Sequence record: MW349128.1
DNA length: 64,000 nucleotides
Reading direction: 5' to 3' (one strand)
The translations under genes were made by a program, and so were the position numbers. A model generated the notes under the pieces. That model saw nothing but the letters and a program-made list of their open reading frames with translations, was not told where the DNA came from and did not search any database. Below, in pieces: positions 39,834 through 49,319 of this stretch (positions are counted from its first letter, which is position 1; every line of letters starts with the position of its first letter).

Positions 39834-41387
39834 TTGGTTAATATGATTTATGATAAAAAAGATTTATCTGAGAAAGAAGTATCAACTTTATTAAGTATAA
39901 AAAAAGAAGATATTACTCTTGATAAACTTAAAGAATTATTTGCATTTAGACAAAATACACAACCAATGTTTAACCCTAGCGATAGATTTAAACTTAAAAA
40001 AGATTTAGTTTATAATAGTAAAGATGAGAGAACAACAGTTGGAAGATATATATTTAATAAATTTATATTAGACAATAAAATAGGACCTATTATAGGATAT
40101 ATGAATAAAGATATGGGAGGATCAGGTGTAGGAAATCTACAATCTGAACTATCTAGTTTATTACTTAATGATGTTATTACAACTAAAGATATGAATATGT
40201 ATATTGATAAACTTCAATGGCTCGGTTTCTCCATAGCAGGATTTATTAATTCTAGCTTAACAACTACAATGATGGTTGCTCCCGATAAAGTTAAACAAAA
40301 GAAAGAAGAATTACTAGAGAAATATGGTAAAGCATTAAATACTCCTGGTGAAGAATTGAATGCTATTAGTGCTATTGAAAAAGAATTAATTAAGTTAAGT
40401 AAGGAAGAATTAGAAGGTTTAGCAGATCTTGATATTTATGATAGTGGATCAAGAGGTAGTTTTGGAAATAACTTCAAGTTAACAGCTCTTATTCGTGGAG
40501 CAAATAAAAACTTTGCTGATCCTAGTAAAATACGTATTGCTAAGAGTTCTTTAGCTGATGGAATTGATCCAGAAGAATTATATATGTTTGGTGATATTAT
40601 GACAGCTGGTTCAGCTGGACGTGCTTTAGGTATATGAATGCCCTTTATTATAGTAATATAATAATAGAAAAATTATTAATTGCTGAGAAGATATAAACTT
40701 AATCAGCATCAATCAGAATGATTGTTCAACGACTAAATATAATTAAACTCATAAAGAGTTTTTGATATAGTCTGATCTATATTAAATTAATATAGATTAA
40801 CATAAATGACTCAAGAAGGTGGGTAAATTAGATGCTCACAATAAATTCTATTAATTGCTAGAATGTTAAAACTAACTAGCATCAACTTTATTAAGTTGTT
40901 CAACGACTAAATATAGAAATGATTAAATTCATAAGATATAGTCTAATCTATAATAAAATATAGATAATAAAATGATCAAGCTAAAAAACTTATGTCCGCT
41001 TTCCAAACAACTGTATTAGATAAACAAGGTTCTGATTGTAGAACAAAACATACATTAAAATTAACATTAACTAAAGATAATGCGAGTCTTTTATTATATA
41101 GATATTTTGAAGATACTTCAGGAAGAAAAGGTCAATTAATACTATTAACGCCTGAAAATGTGGATGAACACATGGGTAAAGTATTGAACTTCAGAAGTCC
41201 TATGTATTGTGCAAGTGAAGATATTTGTAGTAAATGTGCAGGAGAACTCCCTTACAAACTAGGTATAGAAAATATTGGACTATTGGTTAACCAAGTGGCT
41301 CAAGCAATTGTAACAAGCTCCATGAAGTCTTTCCATGATATGACAATTAAACAAAATGAAATAGATATCGAAGATTATATTTATTAA
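39834..41387 (+). CDS. rpoC: RNA polymerase beta' C-terminal-like subunit, probably virion RNAP; three exons, 408 aa
   Basis: Exons 39834-40631, 40809-40824 and 40975-41387 give GRALG|TQEGG(Y)|QAKKL (bridge helix; cf. TANSGYLTRRL); SGSRGS, DC, FRSPMYC..ICSKCAG. Confidence 0.92.
40632..40808 (+). mobile_element. ORF-less group I mini-intron D (177 nt)
   Basis: GGT|ATATGAATGCC; TTGCTGAG..AATCAGCA; GTTCAACGACTA; TGATATAGTCT; P9 ATCTATAT/ATATAGAT; terminal G40808. Confidence 0.9.
40825..40974 (+). mobile_element. ORF-less group I mini-intron E (150 nt)
   Basis: P1 GTGGGT/GCTCAC; P3 TTCTAT/ATAGAA; P4 TGCTAG/CTAGCA; P6 CAAC/GTTG; P7 GACTA/TAGTC; P8 ATGA/TCAT; P9; terminal G40974; no P2. Confidence 0.88.
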
Positions 41388-41434
41388 AAGCGTAATATAT
41401 TGAAATATAAACATATATTATAATAATGAAGAAA

Positions 41435-41504
41435 GTTTATCTAGCTCAGTTGGTAGAGCAATGATTTTCATCATGTGTCCGGGGTTCGATCCCTCGGATA
41501 AGCT
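41435..41504 (+). tRNA. tRNA-like gene with a shrunken anticodon loop (pseudo-tRNA)
   Basis: Acceptor GTTTATC/GATAAGC, D arm GCTC/GAGC, T arm CGGGG-TTCGATC-CCTCG; anticodon arm is only 14 nt (ATGAT-TTTC-ATCAT). Confidence 0.8.
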
Positions 41505-41857
41505 TTTTTTGGTCTAAAATTCTTATTTATTAAAAAATTTTATTTAAAAATATTAATTAACTATATAGTATAAATCTATAATGATCCTCGTCAAATTATT
41601 ATAGATTTTTTTTTTAGTTTTTGATTTAACTAAAAAATATAATAGATTAAATTCTATTATAACTTACTTTGTCGTTTGTTGTTGCTTTAAAAATGTTCCT
41701 TTGATTTCTTGTTTCTATTTTTAATATGTCATGGTTTTAAATAGAAATCCATACGCCTCCTTACGTATAATTAAAAATGAATAGATATTATTATATATTT
41801 ATTTACTTAAAAGAGTGCATAGATGATAAATGTACTCTTTTATTTTTTTTTTATTAA

Positions 41858-41929
41858 TGCTCTATAATTCAATGGTAGAATGCTTGACTGTTAATCAAGA
41901 GGTTGTTTGTTCGAATCAAACTAGAGCAG
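41858..41929 (+). tRNA. trnN: tRNA-Asn(GUU)
   Basis: Full cloverleaf: TGCTCTA/TAGAGCA; CTTGA-CTGTTAA-TCAAG; GTTTG-TTCGAAT-CAAAC; CCA not encoded. Confidence 0.93.
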
Positions 41930-41936
41930 TTTCTAT

Positions 41937-42039
41937 GTTCCTATAGCTCAATGGTCAGAGCGTACGGATTTCATGAATTATACCTGGATAGGATAATTTA
42001 TGGATCTGTAGGTTATGAGTTCGAATCTCATTAGGAACA
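41937..42039 (+). tRNA. tRNA-like gene whose anticodon arm is an extended hairpin of about 21 bp
   Basis: Acceptor GTTCCTA/TAGGAAC, D arm GCTC/GAGC, T arm ATGAG-TTCGAAT-CTCAT; 38 nt lie between the TACGG/CTGTA stem halves. Confidence 0.8.
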
Positions 42040-42554
42040 ACCCTATAGGATTAATCATCCTTATAGCTTGGCTGCAGACTTGCTATAAATAAAATATAAA
42101 TTGAGTGATATGCCAAACTTAATTTATTAGATTCAACTAAAGTTAAGGCATATCTTTAGTTGTAAAAAAAATAGCACATATATTTAATCTGTCAAATTAA
42201 ATATATGTATCACAACAATCATTACAGTTTTAGGTCTAATTTACGTTTAGTTATTAGATCGGAGTATTAAAGAGGACTTATTTTACATTAATTTGTGATA
42301 AGTATCTGACTTTAATACATTTTAGGTTTTCTAGTTTCTTAGTCCCTAATATAAGAAAAACTAGACTATTAAATCGCTACAAGATTCCTAATATGTTCCA
42401 TGCATATATTGGTTTCTTTAATCCTTCTTATGCTTTATGGGATATAAAAAATTATTAAAGCAACTTTATACTTTTTTCGTAAAAGTAACTATAACCCTAA
42501 CCTACAGATTGATTCCAAATTAGTCGAAGAGGTTAGGGTTATTTTATACATATT

Positions 42555-42584
42555 TCCCAATATCTAATTTAATAGATATTGGGA
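42555..42584 (+). terminator. Terminator, CCCAATACCT-family variant
   Basis: TCCCAATATCTA/TAGATATTGGGA followed by T-rich sequence. Confidence 0.8.
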
Positions 42585-42673
42585 TTATTTTTATTTTACG
42601 TTTTAAATATATATTATAAATTTGAGATTATTAAAATATAATCTTAATATTATAATATGGAGATGAATGCGAT

Positions 42674-44878
42674 ATGCTAGGTAAAAAATTAAGAGAAAGT
42701 TTTAAAGAAAAATTAGGTAATGACTATACATTTAATATAGATAATGATAAAGATTATCAAATAAATGAAGACAAAGTAAAAGTAACTTATAAAGGAAAAA
42801 TATCTGAAGAATTTAAGATAAGAATGATTAAATATACTAAAAGCAAAGAATGGCTTGATAATTATTTTGAAAGCTGTTTAAGAATAATTGACTCAGGAGA
42901 AAATGAAAATAAAGTTAACGCTGAGAAATTTTTAAAAAATAAAGAAAGAACTAAGAGACTTGAATCTCCTATGGTAGAAAACGCTAATGAATCTTTAGAA
43001 CCTTATACATTTTTCTTAAATAGCTCTACTAAAATGAAAGATAAAGTTAGATATTTAAAGAATAAAAGTAAAGAAGAAAAATATTTATTCTTCTATAATG
43101 CTACAATAGCTAAATATGGACTATATTCTCCTTATGATGTATCTAATTTTAAACCGAATAGTATAAATACTAAACAAAATATAGTATGTGAAAAACATGG
43201 TAGCTTTAAAAGTTCAGTTAAAAATTTTCTTATGAATGATCTTGATGGTTGTCCAGGTTGTAAGAAAGATGGAGAAGTGGCAACTACTGAAGATATCTTT
43301 AATAATTTAAAAGATATAGATCCTGATTTATTTTTAGAATTGACTAAAGATTACACAGAAGATGAAAAAGATCATATTTATGATTTAGCTCTAAATAAAG
43401 CTAATAATACAAACTATGATTTTTCTAAATTTAGACCCATTAACGAAAAAGATATTCAACCAATTATATGTGAAAAACATGGTGAATTTAAAACATCTAT
43501 ACATGAAATGTTATTTGATAAAAAATTAGCTTGTCCTAAATGTGAAGAAGAAAAACTTAGTATAGATAAAGACTGGGAAAAGATTGTAGAAAATAATAAA
43601 AAGAAACGTGAAGAAGAAACTGAGAAATTACTTAAGGGTATAAAGAAAACACCAAAAGCTAAAAAGAATATGAAGAAAGAAAGTATAGAAAGAGAAATTT
43701 CTAATAATTTTAATATTGATCAAGTTAATAATGTTATTAAAAGTTCAAATAAAGAACAAAAAGAAATAATTCCAGAACCAATACCAAAAATAAAGAATAA
43801 GAGAAAATATTCAGTTCAAGAATTAAAAGAGTATAAACGTATAAAGTCACTTAATACTAAGATTAAAAATCTTAATAACTTTGATTATACTGAAGAAGAA
43901 AAGACTGAAGTATATCAAACACTTGCAAATATTAAACATGGTAAAGATAAATATAATATGAGTAAATTTAGACCTAGCGATAAATATGAAAAATCAATAG
44001 TAATATGTAAAGACCATGGTGAATTTAAAATAAATGCAAATGAATTAATAGAAAAAGGTATTAATTGTCCGTCATGTAGTAATGGAAAATCATCTATTGC
44101 TGAATCAAAAGTATCTGATGAAATGAAATATTTAGGTTTTGAAATAGAAAGACAGAATAGAGATTTGTTAGATGGTAAAGAAATTGATATACTCTCTGAA
44201 GAACATAAATTGGCTATTGAAGTTAATGGAGTTAAATATCATTCTAATGAAACTAAATCTGATATAAATGCTAAGTATCATCAACTTAAGAAATACAATG
44301 AACTTAAAGAAAAGGGATACCATCTTCTTAATTTATTTGATGATGATATTCGTAATGAAACTAAAAGAATTGATGGTAAGAATTATGCTAAATTCTTACA
44401 TCAATTGTTACTATTTAAAGATGATTATTCCGTATTAGACTATGGTGGTATAAAAATTAAATCTATGGGATTCTTTACATTTAAAGATTTCTTTGAAAAT
44501 CATTCAACAGAAGACTTTTATGGAAAAGATTCTGACTTCTTCGCTCTTTATTATAAAGGTTATATTATTTGTGCATTTTCTTTTAATAATAAGACTAATG
44601 TATCACATAATTTTATTTCACTTTTAAATACAGACGCAGATTTAATTAAAATTAAGAAGGTATTTCCAGGTTTAACTTTTAACGTAAAATCTGATTCATA
44701 TACATGTTATAAATTTGAAAAATTTGGAATGTATAAAGTAGGTAATGAATTACCTATTGAAAAGACTTTCTTAAAAGGTACAAGTAATGATAGCTATATA
44801 AGAAATAAGATTGATAAAAATAAAACTTATATAAATAAAGTATATGATACAGGTTCGACTAATTTTATATTTGAATGA
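42674..44878 (+). CDS. Free-standing putative homing endonuclease (Hef-like: repeated C-x-x-HG..CPxC modules plus PD-(D/E)xK-like domain)
   Basis: Three modules: CEKHGSF..CPGC, CEKHGEF..CPKC, CKDHGEF..CPSC; EIDILSEEHKLAIEVNGVKYHS. Confidence 0.75.
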   Translation: MLGKKLRESFKEKLGNDYTFNIDNDKDYQINEDKVKVTYKGKISEEFKIRMIKYTKSKEWLDNYFESCLRIIDSGENENKVNAEKFLKNKERTKRLESPMVENANESLEPYTFFLNSSTKMKDKVRYLKNKSKEEKYLFFYNATIAKYGLYSPYDVSNFKPNSINTKQNIVCEKHGSFKSSVKNFLMNDLDGCPGCKKDGEVATTEDIFNNLKDIDPDLFLELTKDYTEDEKDHIYDLALNKANNTNYDFSKFRPINEKDIQPIICEKHGEFKTSIHEMLFDKKLACPKCEEEKLSIDKDWEKIVENNKKKREEETEKLLKGIKKTPKAKKNMKKESIEREISNNFNIDQVNNVIKSSNKEQKEIIPEPIPKIKNKRKYSVQELKEYKRIKSLNTKIKNLNNFDYTEEEKTEVYQTLANIKHGKDKYNMSKFRPSDKYEKSIVICKDHGEFKINANELIEKGINCPSCSNGKSSIAESKVSDEMKYLGFEIERQNRDLLDGKEIDILSEEHKLAIEVNGVKYHSNETKSDINAKYHQLKKYNELKEKGYHLLNLFDDDIRNETKRIDGKNYAKFLHQLLLFKDDYSVLDYGGIKIKSMGFFTFKDFFENHSTEDFYGKDSDFFALYYKGYIICAFSFNNKTNVSHNFISLLNTDADLIKIKKVFPGLTFNVKSDSYTCYKFEKFGMYKVGNELPIEKTFLKGTSNDSYIRNKIDKNKTYINKVYDTGSTNFIFE

Positions 44879-44888
44879 TTAAAAATAT

Positions 44889-44918
44889 ATCCCCTAACCT
44901 AAATTAATAGGTTAGGGG
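44889..44918. terminator. Bidirectional terminator, family variant
   Basis: TCCCCTAACCTA/TAGGTTAGGGGA between convergent genes. Confidence 0.85.
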
Positions 44919-44935
44919 AATTTTATTATTTTTTT

Positions 44936-45628
44936 TTATTGTATTATCTTATTTGGTTTAACTTCATTCTTCATCTTGATTTCAGTTTTAACTTTATCAA
45001 GAACTTCTGATTCATATAAAGAAGGATCTTCTTCATATTTCTTAGTCATTTTCTTAACTGCTTCTATTTTATTTTCTAAAGGAGCTTCTAACTCAATTTG
45101 ATTAAAAAGACCTTCAAAATTACCAAAAACAAATTCTTCATTTAATGGAATAAATAGATCACCATTATGAGCTAGTTCATGTGCAGTATATGATAATGGT
45201 ACAATACCTATATTACCTTCAAAATGCATTTTAATAACATCTTCAGCTACAGTAAAACTTTCATATGATTTTTTATATTCATAATTAGTTTTTAATTTTT
45301 CACGATAGCTAGAAACGATATCATACAATGATAGTGGATAGTGGTGCATCTCAATAGTAAGTTTTTTATCATCATTAATATCAACTTCTGGTATAAACTT
45401 ACATTTAGTTAGATCCATTTCAGTTTTCAAAGCTTTAATAAATGATTTGTATTCATATGAGCTTCTAATTATTTTTTCTACATATTTATTAAAAGTCTCT
45501 TCAGACTTGATTTCGTCTTCAGTATTGTACATATCAAATTTTTTAGTTTCATCTACATTTAACTCTATTGTTTCTATTAATTTTGGCAGGTCTTTTTTAT
45601 CTACTTTTGGCATTTGCATAGATTTCAT
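44936..45628 (-). CDS. Late-transcribed protein with a possible HNH-like fold
   Basis: TKCKF..IEMHHYP..IVPLSYTAHELAHNG; AACA-N6-TA upstream. Confidence 0.55.
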   Translation of the reverse strand: MKSMQMPKVDKKDLPKLIETIELNVDETKKFDMYNTEDEIKSEETFNKYVEKIIRSSYEYKSFIKALKTEMDLTKCKFIPEVDINDDKKLTIEMHHYPLSLYDIVSSYREKLKTNYEYKKSYESFTVAEDVIKMHFEGNIGIVPLSYTAHELAHNGDLFIPLNEEFVFGNFEGLFNQIELEAPLENKIEAVKKMTKKYEEDPSLYESEVLDKVKTEIKMKNEVKPNKIIQ

Positions 45629-45806
45629 GACCTTCTTTCCGAATAATTTTGTTTACATTATTATAATAATATGTTACCATAATATTTTAAACTATATGAA
45701 TTTCATATTACCGTTTTATATCAATTTTTAAATATATATTATAAAAGTGAAGTACTAATTGGCTAATAGTATTTCATAAAAATTATACTAGGAGAGTGAA
45801 TCGGAT

Positions 45807-47879
45807 ATGAGTAGAATAATACTAAAGAAAAACAATTTGTCAGAAGGTAATATCAGTTTAAAGGAAGTTAAACGTTGGTTTAAGAAAGAAATAGATGTTA
45901 ATCAACCATCTAAAATGGTAAATGATAAAGATTATGTAAATAATGTAAATAATCTTTTTGATGGTGTTATTAACATTATGAAAGATAATAAAATAACAGA
46001 TACAATGTTTAGATTTATTTCTAATGATAATAATGAAGAATCTAGAAATATTTTTATCGTTTATTCAATTGATAGTATTCCTTTTGTTACTAGGGTATAC
46101 GGTCCAAAAATGAATATTAAAGATAAACACAGCGATGTAAATGTAGATGCATTATTAAAATTTGTCAAATCAAGTATAATTGACAATTTAATGATTTATA
46201 AATTTTATAAAACTGGAAATTTTAGTTTCCATAAAAAACTAAGCAGTTTTGGTAATTATGAAAGAAATACATTATACGATTTAATTGCTGAAATTAATAA
46301 AGATTCTATTATGACAGCGTATAAAGAATTAAGTGTAGACAATTTAGGTAGTTATTTAATCTCACTAAACAGTGAGGAACTATTAAATAAATCTTATGAC
46401 GCAATTAATTATTTTGATTTACTAATGGATGCTAACCTAAATGTTAGAAGTAAAGAAGGTAAATTAATTGAAAAGATTGAAAGAAATGATATATTTTCAC
46501 AGAGAACATATTCTGAAGTGTTTACATTTAGTCAACGCTCAGATTATTATTTCGCTAGCAATCCATTATTCAATATTCCAAAAGTAAGCGATGTAAGAGA
46601 TGATACTAGAGTAGATTTATTTATATGCACAAATGGAAAAGAACAAAAGATAAGAGATACAAGTATCTTAACTAGAGAAAATTTGTATTTCAATCCATTT
46701 AGACAACGTTTCTTATCAGTTAGTTATGACCATCCTATTAGAGAGACATTGATATATGATTTATTCTTAAGTTTCTTAGGTATAGAAAATATTGAAAATA
46801 CTTTAAAGAGATTTACTTTTGAACTTCTTCAAGGGGTTTATTCAGGAATATATTCTAAAGGTAATGTTAATGAATTCACATCAAAATCATATTTATTGAA
46901 TTCAGAAAATAAACGTGGTTATATTAAGAAGAAGAAAAATGAGTATCCATTAAAAATGAATATATTAGAAACATCAAGTACTAGCACTCATATAGTAGGT
47001 TATACTTTATTCAATAACTTCTTATTTGAATATATACAGTCAAGTAATCAAACTATAAAACTTGATGATTTCAATGTTATAAAATTAATGAAATTCATTA
47101 CTTTTGAAAATAATAACACTGATTTTAATGAAGATATTAAAGATGTCTTCACTTCAAGAAAAGATATATTTGATAGTAGTAAACGTATTAAAACATCTTC
47201 AACTAGATATACAAATCTAAAACTAAGTTTAGAATCTTCATTAAAGGCAATATTCAATGAAGATAAAAATTACGTTGATGCATTTACCAATCAATATCGA
47301 AATATAATTGAAGAAAAATATGCAATTTCTAAACCTGAAAAAGAAAGTATTATTGAAATTAATAATGAAGATGAATTAAAACAAGTACAGGAAGAAATTA
47401 AATCAAAAGAAACTACTTTAGAATATGTAAAAGAAACTAAAAATGATAACAAAGAGGAGAAATTAAATATGACATACCAAATTATTAAAGAAAATAAATT
47501 CACTAAGGATGTATCATTTAAATATGCAGGAGCTACACATAGAATTGATAAAATTCGTAAAGGTGATATTGAATTAGAAATTGCTAAACGTAAATTATTT
47601 ATCAACAAGTTAATTAATGATAATACTAAATTTGCTTTTGTAGATAGTGTAGAGTTCTCTGATAGTCACACTATTAAAGTTACTAATATTGATGGTGAAG
47701 TTCAATTTGTTAGTGATTATATTGATGTTCTTGAAGGAACAGATACTTTAGAAGATATCAGAATTAAAGTTACTAATAAAGATTTAGATAGTGATGAAGA
47801 TTTAGTAAATTTAATTGCTGGTGAGAAAACTGATATCAATTCTTTAGATGAAGAAGTTTTAGATTCATTTATGGTTTAA
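45807..47879 (+). CDS. Large hypothetical protein with an early-type promoter
   Basis: 690-aa ORF, AGGAG RBS; no motif recognised. Confidence 0.8.
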   Translation: MSRIILKKNNLSEGNISLKEVKRWFKKEIDVNQPSKMVNDKDYVNNVNNLFDGVINIMKDNKITDTMFRFISNDNNEESRNIFIVYSIDSIPFVTRVYGPKMNIKDKHSDVNVDALLKFVKSSIIDNLMIYKFYKTGNFSFHKKLSSFGNYERNTLYDLIAEINKDSIMTAYKELSVDNLGSYLISLNSEELLNKSYDAINYFDLLMDANLNVRSKEGKLIEKIERNDIFSQRTYSEVFTFSQRSDYYFASNPLFNIPKVSDVRDDTRVDLFICTNGKEQKIRDTSILTRENLYFNPFRQRFLSVSYDHPIRETLIYDLFLSFLGIENIENTLKRFTFELLQGVYSGIYSKGNVNEFTSKSYLLNSENKRGYIKKKKNEYPLKMNILETSSTSTHIVGYTLFNNFLFEYIQSSNQTIKLDDFNVIKLMKFITFENNNTDFNEDIKDVFTSRKDIFDSSKRIKTSSTRYTNLKLSLESSLKAIFNEDKNYVDAFTNQYRNIIEEKYAISKPEKESIIEINNEDELKQVQEEIKSKETTLEYVKETKNDNKEEKLNMTYQIIKENKFTKDVSFKYAGATHRIDKIRKGDIELEIAKRKLFINKLINDNTKFAFVDSVEFSDSHTIKVTNIDGEVQFVSDYIDVLEGTDTLEDIRIKVTNKDLDSDEDLVNLIAGEKTDINSLDEEVLDSFMV

Positions 47880-47979
47880 TAAAATTAATAAATGATGAAA
47901 ACTTTTTAATTATATAAAGGATGAAGAGAGATCTAATCTCTCTTCATTTATTTTTTTTTTATAAATTCTAGGACGGTGT

Positions 47980-48591
47980 ATGAATTTGATAGACTTTAAG
48001 AAATATTTAAATGAAAATAGTGATAAAGTAACAATATATTGTGATGGTGCAATAAAAGGTGTTAAATCTAAAGGAACTAAATATGGTGGACTAGGTATAT
48101 ATTTACCTGAAGAAAATAGACCTTTTGAGTCTATGGGAATACCGGTAATGGATGAAAAATTAACTAATAACAATTTAGAAATACTATCATTTATATTTTC
48201 TGCTCTATTTGCTATAGAAACTTATAAGGGTGATAGAAAATTGAATATAAATATTAAAACTGATTCTAGATATGTTGTTGATGGTTTTAATGAATATCTC
48301 TTAAAATGGTCAGAAAATGGTTGGTTAACAAATACAGGAACTCCTATAAAAAATAAAGAATTATGGTTATTAGTGGATGATATAAAACATAATTTAGGAA
48401 TGAAGTTTAATATAAATTTATCATGGACAAAAGGACATAATAAATCAATTGATCAAGATTCAAAATATAATGAAATAGCTGATGAATATGCAAATAAAGG
48501 AAAATTACTTGCTTATGAAAATAATGATGAAGCTTATTCATATGATTATATTATAGAGAAAATAACTGAATTTGTTAATAATTTAAAATAA
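47980..48591 (+). CDS. rnhA: Ribonuclease HI
   Basis: IYCDGA, TNNNLE, TDSRYV, W..NGW...G.PIKNKELW, WTKGH, NEIADEYA. Confidence 0.93.
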   Translation: MNLIDFKKYLNENSDKVTIYCDGAIKGVKSKGTKYGGLGIYLPEENRPFESMGIPVMDEKLTNNNLEILSFIFSALFAIETYKGDRKLNINIKTDSRYVVDGFNEYLLKWSENGWLTNTGTPIKNKELWLLVDDIKHNLGMKFNINLSWTKGHNKSIDQDSKYNEIADEYANKGKLLAYENNDEAYSYDYIIEKITEFVNNLK

Positions 48592-48600
48592 AAGGAGAAT

Positions 48601-49155
48601 ATGGATTTAATTATGACTACAAAAATAGATTTTAATGATAATGAATTTAATAATTTTTATGAAATTAGTAAATGGAACATATTATGTATGAAATACTGTA
48701 AAGAAGCTTCTGAGTTAAGTAAATGTGCAGCTAAAAAAGTTAGTGCAATTATTGCAGATAATTCTTCAATATATTCTATAGGAGTAAATGGATCATTTCC
48801 TGGTAAAGTTAATTGTAATGAAATATTTAAGAAAAAAGATAATATTTGGTATGAAATTAATGGAGATGAGTTAATAGAATGCAAAGATCAAGAATTACAT
48901 CATAAATGGTCATTACTTAATGAAGTTCATGCAGAAATAAATGCATTGACTAAGATGAGTAAAAAAGGAATATCTACAGAAGGACTTGATTTATATTGCA
49001 CACATTCACCATGTTACAATTGTGCTAAGAATATCATAGCTTCAGGAATAAAAACAGTTTACTTTAATGAACTCTATGATGATTATGAACCTGTTATGGA
49101 TTTATTAATAGAGAATAATGTTAATTTCATTAGAATTAAGGATGATGAACTGTAA
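48601..49155 (+). CDS. dCMP deaminase
   Basis: SKCAAKKVSA, HAEINAL, THSPCYNCAK. Confidence 0.92.
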   Translation: MDLIMTTKIDFNDNEFNNFYEISKWNILCMKYCKEASELSKCAAKKVSAIIADNSSIYSIGVNGSFPGKVNCNEIFKKKDNIWYEINGDELIECKDQELHHKWSLLNEVHAEINALTKMSKKGISTEGLDLYCTHSPCYNCAKNIIASGIKTVYFNELYDDYEPVMDLLIENNVNFIRIKDDEL

Positions 49156-49310
49156 TGATTTATATTGTAACGGTTTTCATAATAAGTTTATTATTATTTA
49201 TATTACCAACTCTTTTATATGATATTCCTAAAAAAGAATATAATGAAAAAATTAAAATTAGGAATAAAAGAAAAAGATTTAATAATTTAAGAAGAATAAA
49301 AAGGAAGTGA
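49155..49310 (+). CDS. Small 51-aa membrane protein (not in the ORF track)
   Basis: TAATG coupling to the deaminase stop; MIYIVTVFIISLLLFILPTLLY followed by a very basic tail. Confidence 0.65.
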   Translation: MIYIVTVFIISLLLFILPTLLYDIPKKEYNEKIKIRNKRKRFNNLRRIKRK

Positions 49311-49319
49311 AATGAATAA

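Noticed and set aside
4814-41387. Stop-codon reassignment as an explanation for the fragmented polymerase genes
   Set aside because: The breaks use different stops, include frame changes and contain complete group I cores; other genes end normally.
41640-41760. Minus-strand GGAGG followed by ATG
   Set aside because: Spacing is 3 nt and the ORF is 7 codons; no support.
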